Shown one piece after another: positions 13,329 to 25,217 of a DNA stretch of 36,269 nucleotides. The notes beneath the pieces were generated by a model. The model searched no databases, was not told the origin of the DNA, and was given only the letters and a program-made list of their open reading frames with translations. Origin of the DNA: Spirogloea muscicola. Its lineage: Eukaryota. The translations under genes and the position numbers were made by a program. Within the stretch, counting starts at the first letter, position 1. Each line of letters begins with the position of its first letter. Where the stretch lies: assembly GCA_009602725.1 (NCBI GenBank), contig WELB01000016.1:76192-112460 (forward strand). The letters run 5' to 3'.

Positions 13329-13685
13329 TGCACCAGAAAGCTGGGCGAGCTCTAGTTGGTGGCAGAAGGAAGCAAGCGCGGCCAGATTAACTGGTGGCTG
13401 GGAGAGGCCAGCCCGAAAGAATGGACAAGGTCTGAAGGAGCCGGAGTGCTAAGGACTGAGACAGCAGTGAGCGAACTCTTAGTAAACTCTAGTCAGTGGA
13501 TGCAAATCTGAATAGCTAGCAGAAGGGCTTCGTATATGCCATCTAGTATTCAGGCACCGATTAGGGACCTTTATGTTTTGACCCGTGGTTACTGAGCGGG
13601 TCAATCTACCGCAGGTTATGTAGGTCTTAAGACGTGTTTGCCTTCGTACCTGACCATTTGGCCTTCATTTGTTTCAAATACACGA
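13329..13685 (+). mobile_element. 5'-truncated RLE retrotransposon family B copy, interrupted by a family D insertion
   Basis: 13329-13369 plus 13519-13685 match the reverse complement of 14112-14307 (LHQKAGRALVGGRR...DLYVLTRGY-stop and 3' UTR ending CAAATACACGA). Confidence 0.85.
13370..13518 (-). mobile_element. 5'-truncated RLE retrotransposon family D
   Basis: The minus strand reads SYSDLHPLTRVY-stop, then a 3' UTR with the GGGCTGGCCTCTCCCAGCC hairpin. 8-bp TSD GCAGAAGG at 13362-13369 and 13519-13526. Second copy at 18956-19194. Confidence 0.8.
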
Positions 13686-13768
13686 GACTTCTTTTGGCCC
13701 CTTCGCAGCTTGGCCCCTCCGAACCTTGTCCATTCTCTTCGGGCTTATCACAGCCCTTGCCGGGGAGA

Positions 13769-13876
13769 TAGATACTGCTCGCCCATAGAGAAGAAGGGCT
13801 GGCAAAGCCAGCCCAAAAAGAATGACAATGTCCAAAGCCAAAGAAAGACAAGAACTACACTACAAAACACGATGCA
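13769..13876 (-). mobile_element. Family E 3' fragment nested in a family-A-like tail
   Basis: The reverse complement matches ~5713-5831. Flanked by GGGAGA at 13763-13768 and 13877-13882. Removing it restores cacagcccttgcc..gggagagccact. Confidence 0.75.
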
Positions 13877-14111
13877 GGGAGAGCCACTCCCCAAGTCCTG
13901 AGCATCTAGCTGGACCTTGGACCTCGAAGAGAAGGCGCGCGGAGCGCATGAAATGAAAGGGAGGCCAGTTTAAGCCAATACAGTGTTCAGGCAGAGCCTA
14001 GTGCAAAGTAAACAAGGCTACACAATACGGAGACCTAACCAAGTTGCCTAAAGATTCATTCAAAGAAGGAATGGACCTCAAACCTCACGTCTCCCTCCCC
14101 CTGATCGAATA

Positions 14112-14495
14112 TCGTGTATTTGAAACAAACGAAGGCCAAATGGCCAAGTACAAAGGCAAGCACATCTTAAGACCTACCTACAAAAGATTGACCCGCTCAG
14201 TAACCACGGGTCAAAACATAAAGGTCGCTAACCGATGCCTGGATACTAGATGGCAGATACGAAGCCCTTCTGCCACCAACTAGAGCTCGCCCAGCTTTCT
14301 GGTGCAGAGCATTAGCCTGAGCACGCTGCAAACAGGCCGAAACTCGTCGTCGCAACGACAGATAAGCAGCTGGCAAGCCCATCTCAGCCGGGAACACATC
14401 TGCATGTCGTGTGTAGCCTAGATTGGCTATGTTTTGAAGGAGAGTAAGGAAACGAGGACCTGAGCAGCCAAAGATGTCGATTGCCGCTGGCAAGA
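14112..14495 (-). mobile_element. 5'-truncated RLE retrotransposon family B (end of the endonuclease domain plus 3' UTR)
   Basis: PAAIDIFGCSG.RFLTLLQNIA...RRRVSACLQRAQANALHQKAGRAL...SVSDLYVLTRGY-stop aligns with PLAVDVHGALG..WLDLLARLA...RMRLSVSLQRSMAHALHLRAGRAL...SLSDGRLLTRKY-stop of family A. Confidence 0.85.
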
Positions 14496-14596
14496 GCCGA
14501 TCACATCGGGGGAAACACCTGATCTTCCCCTCGCGCGAACCCCCCGCCTGGCGCTGCCAGCGGCAGCGGCGCGGCCGCGCCGCAACGGCCGGCAGT

Positions 14597-14627
<31 letters not shown>

Positions 14628-14998
14628 CGGGAGCTGGTCGCAGAGAGCGCGGGGCAGCGGCGGGCTCCGCCGTTGCAGAGCGCGCGTGACTGCACTGCTC
14701 TTATTGAAAGAGCGGCTGCGATGCGCGGTGCGTCCGCGCTCGGCTTTCCTTGTTGCGCTCCGTCTGCTTGATCCGTCCCAACGTTCGTCGCCAGGCGGCC
14801 CGCCCGGGGGCTGCCGCCCGTGGAGCTCGTCCGTCCTGCGGGCTGGCGACGCTGCCATGGCGGCGCGTCGAGGGGCCGGGCCTCGCGGAACGCAAGCTGC
14901 GCTCGCGGGCTCGCTTCCACGGCCGCGCTCCTCGCTGGCCTCCACAGCCGCTCCTTTGGCAGCCGCATTCCTCGCTTGACATCCGCGCGTGGCCGTCA

Positions 14999-17447
14999 AT
15001 GCCGGCCCCCATCGGTCGTGCAGCTGCGAGGTCGCGGCAGGCCATCATGGGAGCCGCCACCGCTGCCGCCTTTGCGGGCGCGGCGCGCCGCTCGGGGCCA
15101 GGCCCAGTCGCCCCCACCAAGGACGCCGTTTGCGGAGCAACAGCTGCGCTGCACGGCCGCCACTTCAACGTCTTCTCGGTCAGTGCCCAGGCCAGCGCCG
15201 GCCGGGGTTACTGTGTGCCCGCTGGCCTTCTTCGCCCGACGAACCTGGCAAGCAGGAGTGGCAGCTGGGTTTCGCCGAGTCTGTGCTGCATAGGCCTCCC
15301 GTCATGCTGCCGGTGGTGTTGCTTGCTTGGGTGCAAGATTAGGTGTAATGCTTGCTGGAGTCTAGGGTTCAGTCCTCAGGGTCGACCCGCCATGGCCCAC
15401 CAGTCCTCTAAAGCGTTCATCTGAATGAACACTAAAGGCAAGCAAATGCAAATCGTCCACGCTGAATCCCCCCCAGACCTGTGCTGCTCGCTGGCAGCCG
15501 AAGACTTGTCACGTGAGGCTCGTGGGTGACTCCTCCATCCAACTTGCTGAAACTCAGCCACTTGGGCCAGAATGGACAGAGGATTCTTGGTTGCTTAGGC
15601 TCGCCGTGATGGTCCTCGGTGCAGGTCTTCAGCAAGGAGGCGAAGATGAAGGAGAGGGAGAAGCTGTGCGTGGAGATCTCTGCCAGTCCTTGGCTGCATA
15701 TGAGGGCATCTATATAGCTTGGCCGAGGTTGTAACACGCGCCAACATTTGTCCGGGCTGTCAACACACACGGCGGCTGATGGCGGCTGTCTGCGTGGCAG
15801 TCGTCCAGGCAGGACGAGCTCAACCGGGGGTACTTTGACGATTTCAAGGAGCTTCGGAAGACAGGCGGCAAGGTGCCTCTGCCAACCGCCCTTGCTGAAG
15901 CAAAAGCAAACATCAACATTGAACACCGCAGCCTTGCGGCCATACTGACTGTTGTCGTACTAAAGGATGAGGGAGGACCTCACTGAGTCTCGGCAGTCTT
16001 GACACTGCCCTCTGTTGCCAACAGCTGCACGCAACTCCAACAGCCCCCGTGCCAGCTACCACGGCACGCCTTTTCCCCAGCCTCTCCGTATTCCGAGGAG
16101 ACGGGGTCCCGGTGGCAATACCCACTTCTGGCTCAAGCGGGCCAGCTGTGACGCTTGTTTGCCTTTCCTTCCGGGCGAACTCTCAAGTACGTCTGCCTTG
16201 TGATTGCATGCCACTGATGGCAAGCCCCGGCAATTCAACACTTCATTGGTGCCTGCGTTGGCTGCACTGATTGTATCGGCTCAACATGGGTGTTGCTGCG
16301 CACCACAATTGGCTGGGTCCTCATTGTCAATTAAGCAACAAGAGCGCCTGGCTGCTACTGCAAGAGCTTCACCTGATGTGACTTGCAGGAGATGGTATCA
16401 TCCTGGCTGGTACCATTCGCTGCACGGACAAAGACTCCAGGCAATGCTGAGTGCTACGAGGTATAAGCTCGAGACTAGTTGTCGTGCTTATACTCCAACG
16501 AGCTCGCTTGATCCTGTAGCTTTACTGGCTGACTATTGAGCACTGCTTGCTGACGTTGGAGTGCTCGTGGCAGATGTGCGGGAGATGCTCATGTCAGTCA
16601 CACAATAGCACCAACAGCTCATAGCCACCTGTGTGACTAGTTGCTGCTTGAGACAAGTCGATATGTCATTGCAGCCAGGTGCTTGTTGTCTCTTAATTTG
16701 TCTAACTTTGCAAGTTCTGATCTTGTGCACGTTATGACCATCATCAGGTGTCTGTTATTGAGTCTCCAGTCCTCAGCCTCCCGTTTGTACGGCCGCTGCT
16801 CCTGAGGTCCATGAGACGTCCTCAGCGATGCTCGACAGCTGTAAGTCAGGTTCAGCAACTGCCAGAAGCTGCAGCAAGGGGGCAGGAGGCCAGCTCCTCC
16901 CCACTTGTTGCAGATGCAACGGTCCGGCCAGAGCTGGTGTACTTCTTTGGCGACACGTGGCAGCTGCGGAAGGACCTCGACATCAAAAACCGACTCACTG
17001 GGTATTGCGCGACAAGGCCCTCTCTGGATGCTGCAGAGAGATTTCAGGGACTTGTGACCATGATAGCTTTGCATTCAGTATATGCCAGTGGACTACTACT
17101 CATTTTCGTCATTGCTTATGTCAAAGACAATACAGACTAGAGCTACTTTGAAGCTGATTGGAGTAAGAGGCAATGAAAGCTCTGTACTTGCATGCAGTGT
17201 CCTGCTCACCGGCTTCTCTCCACCATCGCAATGGCCCAGCAATGTACTCAAGAGTTGCAGGTGCTGTTTCTTGCGAAACAGGCATGCATTCTTGGTGGAT
17301 GCGGAGCACAGGCTGCGCTGGCGGGCCACTGGGATGGCCACAGCAGACGAGGTTCAGCTCCTTCACCAGTGTGCAGAGGAGATATCAAAGGAGCGTAGGT
17401 CTAAGACAAGTCCAGAATTGATACGAGGAAGTGAACCCACATCGTAA
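14999..17447 (+). CDS. ATP10: Mitochondrial ATP synthase assembly factor ATP10 family protein; start codon uncertain
   Basis: Exons ~14999-15178, 15625-15665, 15809-15872, 16025-16186, 16389-16460, 16748-17001, 17282-17447 in phase. Motifs EREKLQDELNRGYFDDFKELRKTGGK, LVCLSFRANSQEMVSSW, YFFGD...RK...KNRLTGHAFLVD...LRW...G.AT..E. Confidence 0.88.
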
Positions 17448-18088
17448 CGTAGTCGCACTCTTGATAACTGGAGGCAAGCATCAGCCTGTAGAGCATTGAG
17501 TATGTTGTGCCCCATTTGGGAGCTTCCAAGGCCCATGAGCCAGCTTGTGCCTGAGAGCCCGCGGAGGCCTTTCTGCAAATGCATTGAACCAAGAGGAGGC
17601 CTTGACCAAGTTCACTAAAGGCAAGCACAAGGTTGGAGCAAGCAGGAGGACCGTAGAGTAATAGAGAACACGTACGATGTGTAAACACAGTTGCTTGCTA
17701 ACCTAGAAGCTCAAGACGGCCAGTCTGAAAACTCCTCACACGACTTATATGCTGCTCAGCCAAGAGCTTGCTGTATGTTCAATAACACGCTGCCTGCTGA
17801 TCGTCAATATTGTCTACTATGCACACTGCTACAATGTCAAATTGAGCATCCGGGTAGCAGAGGTGAATAGGTCTGTCCCGCATATCCATACATAAAATTC
17901 TATTTGTATGCAACTTTGAAAGGCAGATGCTTCAAACTTCTTCTCCACCCGACAGCAGAAAATAACACAGCAGAAATATACACAGAACCGACTTACATGC
18001 CCCTGAATAGTGTCTTGGCCCAAAGGCCGACCATGTCGAGGCAAACGTGGACTTCGAAAGCGGAGCAAGACTCGCACTGGGTTGCAGC

Positions 18089-18810
18089 TTAGTGCTGCTT
18101 TCCAATCTGGCTGAAGCCGCCCTGGTACCCCGCGCGCATGGCTTCGCCAAAGGCGCGGCTGCCATGCTCATTGACGAAGCGCTGGAAGGTGGCGCGGTTC
18201 TCTGGGGAGGCCAGGCCGCCAAGCTTCGCCTGGCCGACCTTCTGCCAGTGCTCGATGTCGCCGCCGTGGCGCCGGAAGAAGGGCGCCACGAAGTGGTCGT
18301 ACACGTACACGGCGCCGCGCGTCTGGGGCAGGACGAGCCAGACGATGAGCAGCAGCTTGAGCTCCTGGTACAGCGGCAGCCAGTCCAGGAGCACGTACAC
18401 GAACGGCTGCGCACGAGAGGATGGGCAGAACCAGCGCAACGTGAGGCGGCAGCCAACGGGGCGCCCGCTTCAGCTGCTTCTTATTAGTGGAGCGCGAAAG
18501 CCGAAGTCCAGCTAGTGGGTCTGGCAGTCAGCAGAGGATGGCAGATGATGGGGGGAAGCCTGCGAGCGGCCGGCGGGCACCAAGGCAATTGTCGTTGAAG
18601 TCGGCGCTGGCTGAGCGCGGGATAGTGGGGCATGGGGGGCGGGCGCGGCGGCGGCACCTCGAAGAAGCTGAGGGAGGCGAAGACAACCCAATAGGTGAGC
18701 CACTGGCGGTCGTCGGCGGCGTCGAACGACTCCACGGCCTTGAAGGACGCGTAGGCGGGCCAGCCCAGGCCCGCCACCGCGATGCCCAGCTTGGTCAGGA
18801 CCCCGAACAT
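18089..18810 (-). CDS. HVA22: HVA22/REEP (TB2/DP1) family membrane protein
   Basis: Exons 18810-18658 and 18406-18089. Motifs PAYASFKAVES...DDRQWLTYWVVFA and WLPLYQELKLLLIVWLVLPQTRGAVYVY. Confidence 0.93.
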
Positions 18811-18955
18811 GGCGGCGGCGGCGGCGGCGGCGGCGGCGAGGAGGGGACGACGGCGGCGGCGCCGGAGGAGGGTGAGCAGCAAGGAGCGTGTATTGAGTGA
18901 TGAAGACTTCAGAACCTGACATGAAACGAGTGACGCGGAGTGACAATGCAAAAGG

Positions 18956-19495
18956 CACTGACTAGAAGTTACAGAGAGTCCGCTTGCTGTCTCAGTCCTT
19001 AGCACTCCGGCTCCTTCAGACCTTGTCCATTCCTTTCAGGCCCCGCAGTCGTTGCTTCGCTCGTAATTTGGCCCCTTCGAACCTTGTCAATGTTTTTCGG
19101 GCTGCCTTCTCACAGCTCGTGCCCCCATTGGGAGAGCCACTTCTTCTTTGGGCTGGCCTCTCTCAGCCACCAGTTAGTCTGGCCGCGCTTGCTTTCAAAA
19201 GGCACGGAATGATGGAGGGCCTGAGTGGCCGAGTACACAGGCAGGCGCATTGGCAGACGTGCATTACCTGCTGCATAAGCTGACCCCCACTGGACGAGCT
19301 TCCTTTCTCTTTGGGAATACTGCTGCGCGTCTTTGATGGCTGGAGCTGAGTCGCGTCAGTGGTGAGAGAGAAGTGGCTCTCCCAATGAAGAAGAAGTGGC
19401 TCTCCCAACGGGGGCAAGGGCTGTGAAAAGCCAGCCCGAAAAGAATTGACAAGGTTCGAAGGGGCCAAACTACGAGCTAAGCAGCGACTGTGGGG
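18956..19495. mobile_element. Nested RLE-element cluster in the HVA22/ankyrin divergent promoter
   Basis: Family D (+, 18956-19194) split by family A (+, ~19037-19145), a B-like fragment (-, ~19200-19262), and family A (-, ~19371-19495) forming a ~110-bp inverted repeat with 19041-19148. Confidence 0.82.
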
Positions 19496-19647
19496 AGAGA
19501 GAGAAGGCGCGCGCGGTGGCCGAAGCAAGCGAACGCACTGTTCAGGCAAACAGCTGGGTGAGAGTGAACGAGGGTCACCTAGGTTGCCGCAGTAGCTCAG
19601 CGGCAGCGAAGCTCGCCCACGCGGCGTGTCGGGCGGCGGCGGCGGCC

Positions 19648-21588
19648 ATGGCGCCTCCCGACGGCAGCCCCGCGCCGGCGCGCGCGACGGCCGCAGCAGC
19701 GGCGACGACGACGAGGTCGAGGTCCCGCCCGACCTGCGCGAAGTCCTGCAGGCCGCGGAGCACGGCGATGCCAGCGTCCTGGCCGCCGCGCTGGGTGAGC
19801 GCCGCCGCCCTTGCCCGCCGGCGGCGGCGACGGCGGGACCGCGGCGACGAGGGCATGCTGCGCGGCGCACAGCTCGAAAGTCATGCGCCTCGACGAAGCG
19901 CTGCACTGACCGGCCAGTTCAGGGGCCGCCCTCTTCTGCTGGCACTGCAGACCTTCTAACGGTGGGCGTCGACACGCCCGCCGACGACGGCGACACCGCC
20001 CTCCACCTCGCCTGCCTCTACAGCCACCCGGCCTGCGTGCAGGTGCGAAAGCCTAGGCAATCCCCCATGCAAAGCCGGAGCCACAACCTTGGACGACCCT
20101 TCCTCGTGAATCCTCAGAGCCCCAGCAAACTCAAAAATCAAGCAGCAAGTAGTCACTTTGTCAGAATGCATCAACTCTGCACATCACTATTGTTGCGCCG
20201 CCATGTAAAGCATCTCCGTGTCCTCTGCCTGTTGAGACTTCACGCCACCGTGCCGCCCGCCCCTTGCAGCTCCCTGTGCGAGTGGCGAGCTGACCGGGCT
20301 GGCGGGGGGCCTTGGCAGACGCTCCTCGCTGCGGGGGCCAGTCCGCAGGCAACAGACGAGGATGGCTCTACGCCCCTGCACGATGCGGCAGCCTCCGGTG
20401 GGCCTCTACACACAAAGCACCCAAAGAGCAGGCTGTGCACGCGCAAGCAGTGAGGTTAATGAGCACATCGCATTAATTTTCAGCCTCCTTCTACTTGTTG
20501 CCCATGCACAGTTGCCAAGAGGCTCGAACTGCATTACACTCTCAAAGTGCACATTGAGGAGACCAGCTGAACATAAAAAGGTCTGTGGCACTGCTTGTAG
20601 TGAGTAATTTGTGTCGGTGTAGTTGACACAGCCCTGGCAGGCCGGGTGGTCTAGTCCATGATCAGGCATCTGACGGTGGGCCTCTCTGCTTACCTCGGCT
20701 GCTGAAGGTTGCTCGGTTGCTGTCGGCATGCTCCTCTCTGCGGTAGCCTCAGAGCAGCAGCAGGCCCTGCTCAAAGCTGCCGATGCAGATGGCGACACGG
20801 TAACCCTTCATTCCCAACATGAAAGCCTGATCAACTGCAGACATTGGAGAAGTGCATATCCAGTCCTTGCTGCACACTCAGCTCCTTAAAGCGTTTTTTG
20901 TTACGCACTTTCAGGGAGTATCACTCTGACCAGCATAGAGAGGGACTCCCTCTGACCTTTTCAAACGAGAATTCAAATTCAAATTAGAATGATTTGAGTA
21001 GTGCTTGCTCAGATGGCAAAGAGCTTCAATGGCTGCTCACTGCCACAAGTCTCCACTCCCAGCTCACTGTGTGCATCATTCTTGTCGCCCACAATGCTGC
21101 TGCCAGCCACTACACAATGCCGCACGTGGCGGGCACGCTGATGTCGTCACGCAGCTTCTGGAGGCAGGGTCATCTCCACTTGCAGAGAATAACAGCAGCA
21201 AGGTGCGCGCCATCTGATAGGTAGCACTATGCATAGGCATCAATGGCAGCTTCAACAAGAAGTAGAAACTTCCAATTTTACAGCTGCAGTCATAGTCCTG
21301 CCACCCATTGCCTGACGAGCAGCTCTGGTATTTGTTTAGTCTGAATTTGCTGAGCTGAGCCGAGTCAGCGCCTACAGTGGGTGGTATTGGTGGTGTATCA
21401 TGTGCAATGCCCCAGGCTTGACTTGCGCCTGCCTTCTGGCGATGTCTGCTGCGAGCTAACAGACGCCCGGTGAGCTGGCTGATCCGGACACGGAGGCTTT
21501 CTCGCTGCTGGAGAAGGCAGCTGCCGTGGCGCGGCACACGGCCCAAAGGCCAGCCTCTCTTCCACCCGATATACATTCAGGAAGTTGA
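19648..21588 (+). CDS. Small ankyrin-repeat protein; apparent 1-nt frameshift in exon 1
   Basis: Six exons giving VPPDLREVLQAAEHGDASVLAAAL-DLLTVGVDTPADDGDTALHLACLYSHPACVQ-TLLAAGASPQATDEDGSTPLHDAAASG-CSVAVGMLL...DADGDT-PLHNAARGGHADVVTQLLEAGSSP...K-TPGELADPDTEA...stop at 21586-21588. Confidence 0.85.
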
Positions 21589-22016
21589 TTGGAAGCATGG
21601 CCATCATCCTGGGGAATGGCTATTACTCCATTGATTGCAAAAGTAGGACTGCCAGTGCGTTACATCCTGCTTAGAGCAATCTGTTTGCAGAGGGATTGGA
21701 CAACAAAAGTACTGCTCAATGTGAGTCGTGGAATGAGGTAGTAGGACTAAGCAAGTGGCAAAGCGCGACCCTGATCTCAAGATTCACAGCAAAGCAGCCA
21801 CTGCTCATAGGATGGTTGGAATTCATGCATCAAGTACCACGCGCCTTTGACTCGGGCTCACGGGGACGAAAGTTTCCCAAGGGTGTGCAGGGACCTAACC
21901 AGGAGGCACTTGGGTGCGAGCTGAACTTAAGTGACTTGGGGCTTTGCTCTGTACCGAGAGAGAGCGAGAATATTGGCGAGAAGCCGGAAGTAGATGGACA
22001 TCGGGTGCAGCAGATG

Positions 22017-22582
22017 CTAGTCGTGATCAAGCCCCTCAAGCTCGGCCTTGAGCTGCTCCATTTTCAGGCCCATGGCGCGGCGCAGCGCGCCGCGCTCGCT
22101 GTCGCCCAGCCTCGAAGACAAGGCCTCGAAGCGGTCGAGGACGTGCTGGACGGCAGCCCTGCGTCGCAGAGCGCGCTTCTACCACCGTCAGAAGGCCAGC
22201 CACCACAAAAGACACCAGCTTGTACAAGGCCTGGCGGAAGCTCTTTCCCAACAACAGGCTTAGGCGAGCTCGAGCAGCCAGCCCTGACGGCCACGCCGCC
22301 GCGAGCCTGGCCCACCTCGCAGTCGAGGCCTCCTCGTTGAAGTAGACCGTTTCCTTGGACTCGAGCGCCAACTCAATCTCCTCCCGCGCCTCCGCAAAGC
22401 GCTCATTGATGTCGTCCACCTCGCCGCGGTACTCGTCCTCGCTCAGGCCGCCTGCCGCGCCTCCATCGCCGCCTCCGCCGCCGCCACCGCCGCCGTCCTC
22501 CGGCTTCGACGACAGCCCGCGACGCGGTGCAAGCCGGGCGCAGTGCGGCAGGCTGCCAGCGCCGCCGCAGGCGGGCGCCCGC
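22017..22582 (-). CDS. Plant 'embryogenesis-like' small coiled-coil protein, probably mitochondrial; 5' end lies in the gap
   Basis: Exons <22582-22316 and 22158-22017: EVDDINERFAEAREEIELALESKETVYFNEEASTAR-AAVQHVLDRFEALSSRLGDSERGALRRAMGLKMEQLKAELEGLDHD-stop. Preceded by a presequence-like RRGLSS. Confidence 0.82.
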
Positions 22583-22849
22583 NNNNNNNNNNNNNNNNNN
22601 NNNNNNNNNNNNNNNNNNNNNNNNNNNNNNNNNNNNNNNNNNNNNNNNNNNNNNNNNNNNNNNNNNNNNNNNNNNNNNNNNNNNNNNNNNNNNNNNNNNN
22701 NNNNNNNNNNNNNNNNNNNNNNNNNNNNNNNNNNNNNNNNNNNNNNNNNNNNNNNNNNNNNNNNNNNNNNNNNNNNNNNNNNNNNNNNNNNNNNNNNNNN
22801 NNNNNNNNNNNNNNNNNNNNNNNNNNNNNNNNNNNNNNNNNNNNNNNNN
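22583..22849. other. Assembly gap (N run)
   Basis: Continuous Ns. Isolated single Ns also occur at 5017, 10132 and 28416. Confidence 0.99.
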
Positions 22850-22941
22850 CACACCTGCTCCGAGAAGAGGTTGCCGGCGTCGCGCTGGAGGAACTCCTTG
22901 GCCTCCCGGATCTGCGCCGCCGTCGCCACCTGCGCCGCCAT
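22850..22941 (-). CDS. Probable first exon of an unidentified gene
   Basis: ATG at 22941, MAAQVATAAQIREAKEFLQRDAGNLFSEQ with GC-ending codons, then a CAG|GTGTG donor-like site at the gap edge. Confidence 0.5.
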
Positions 22942-23047
22942 AGACAGCGGACGCCCGGAATCAATGGCTGTTGCGACGCCTGCGGCGCTGCTGCGAGAAG
23001 CGGCGGGCGCGAGACTGGAGAACCGGAATAAAATCGCGAGCTCGGCG

Positions 23048-25217
23048 ATGGCGGCGAGGCGTGGGAGATCTCGTCTCACCTCGCGCTCGACCGCCGCTGC
23101 AGTGGTGCCGGCGGCGGCGGCGGCGGCGGCGCCGGGCGTGGACGAGGCCGAGGCCCGCAGGCGCGCCCTGTGCCGCACCGCCGTCGAGAGGGGCTCGCCC
23201 GGCCTACGTGGGCCCACCTGGCACTGCCCTGGCTGGTCAGCCCTCCCCCTCCAAACCCCCCCTCTCCCCCGGGTGCCGAGCTCGTGATGGGGCCCGGCCT
23301 TGTTCCGCGTGCGATGCAGCTGCCCTCAGCCGCAAACCTCTTCTTGCGGCTCAATGGGTCCTCCGGCACCAGCACATGCGGCGCTGCTCCAAGGGCCTGC
23401 TGCGCTGCTCTGGCAATCTGCAGAACTCCTCCTGCTTGCTGTCAAGTGCCGACCTTCTGAGTGAGCCACCGAGAGAGGAGCAAAAAAGCCGGGAGATGGT
23501 CCTGTCCGCTGCAAGCAATCGGTGCAATACAAAGTGGCCAGCTCCCGTGTGAAGCAGACACCCTGTGGAGAGGACTATCTGCACCCGACACAGCAGACTT
23601 AAGTGTCGATTGCAGGGCTTTAGGGGCTTAAGTGCTTGCGCGCATCTCGAGCAGGGTCTCATAGTGGGCATTCGTGGCATAGGGCTTGATTTACGTCCAG
23701 CCTTTGCTGTGTGGGTCGATTAGCTAGTGCTGCGCTTCCAGGCTTTCATCACCGGTCTCTTCGCTCTTAAGCTCCCTACAAGTGAACAGAGAGGGGTAGG
23801 GTGTTTGACGACGCCAGCTTATCGCACAGGTCCCTGGCCGCTTCAGACTGGTCGCATCACTTTCAAGCCTGCAGACAGTCGCTAGGCGAGCCCCCAGTCC
23901 GACTCTGGGAATCCGGACTCCAGTCTAAGCACTTTGCTACCAAGGCCGACTTTTCAAAAGGCTTGTCAATTAGACTGCAAGAACACTGATGGGCTCCTGT
24001 GACTCGGCCAGTGCAGCGGGGTGACGCTTGAAGGTAAAAAGGAGGAGCGCCAACATGCATATCGCACAAACCTGTGGCTTCGGAAGCATGGGCTAATGGA
24101 TGGCCTCTTGAGGAGGAGGCCGAGGCAGGAGTCTGGCACAACTGGGGCTGCAGGAAGTGCTGGAGGAGACAAGGGCGATACAATTCGACCAGGTAAGCGC
24201 GGAGAACGAGGCTCTGACGTAGCAGAAGGCAGGCTTCTTCTGGCTTCACTGATGTCCTCTGCAGGTGCTTTGCATGATCAAATTCTAATGCCATGTAACA
24301 GGCAACGCTTCTGTCTATGGACCTAGTGGGCTCGACCGAAAGTCTGTGAAGTAGCACAATCACTCATTGCACATATGGCAGGTCACATAACAGCCGCCTG
24401 ACGCCCCACAAGATGCTCTGCAAAACAAAGTGATAAGCACGCCGCAATGAAGTCCTGTAGTGATGCTGCTGCAGATCTTGTCGCATCGAAGAGCGCTGCG
24501 GATGGGAGGGAGGGGGAGGTGTTGCCGACGGGCAAGAAGAAGCTGACTAAGCTAACTAAGAGAGGAAGGAGGGGCGGCGTGATGCATGCAAGGAAGCTCC
24601 CCTGCATCGACTGGGAAAGGGGGAGCTGCACCCGGGGTACGAAGTGTAAATACATACACAACAATGCTACTGGGATGCAGCAGGCGGAGGAGTCGAAGGT
24701 GCCAAGACGAGCGAAGTTGAAGGTGCCAGAGTCTGTAAATAGTAGAGATGTTGGTCAAGCCAAAGGAGTGGTGCTGATAAGGTCACAGCCCGACGACCTC
24801 AACAAATTTCACAGTGGCTTGATCGAGGGTGAGCACATGCGCAAGAGGAGAAAGATGCCCAAGAAGATCGGTGTGGAGGCTGCCTTGAGGTCAGCCAGAG
24901 AACAAGGAGCTGCAAGTGGTGCTCAAGAAGGGAATGCTGTGGAACTTGGCAAAGAGCAAGACAGCGAGCGGAATGTGCGCAATTGCCAATCTCACCAGAG
25001 TCCTGATGATGGACAACATTCAATGAAGGGGAGCTCAGTGGTAACTGACCATGGCAAGCTTGACTTAGCAGATGAAATCCCTCTGGATGGGGTGCTTTCG
25101 GGTCTGCATTATGAAGGTGACGCTAGAAAGCGAGATCTGAGAGAGGAGCTGGCAGAGTTGTCAAGGATCAGAAGAGCCAGGATGAAGCAAGTCAAGGGCA
25201 CTGCTGTGCATTCTTGA
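23048..25217 (+). CDS. CCCH zinc-finger-containing, largely low-complexity protein; 5' exons tentative
   Basis: The terminal exon (~24475-25217) has C-x7-C-x5-C-x3-H (CIDWERGSCTRGTKCKYIH) and basic NLS-like runs. Exon ~24034-24192 ends in CAG|GTAAGC. Upstream exons and the ATG at 23048 are guesses. Confidence 0.6.

Noticed and set aside
14857..14979. ATG at 14857 as the ATP10 start
   Set aside because: The peptide is presequence-like but out of frame, ends in a stop, and I found no convincing intron linking it. Left unresolved.
19041..19495. MITE with ~110-bp terminal inverted repeats
   Set aside because: Both arms are 3' fragments of family A. The left arm has its own TSD inside family D, so these are independent insertions.
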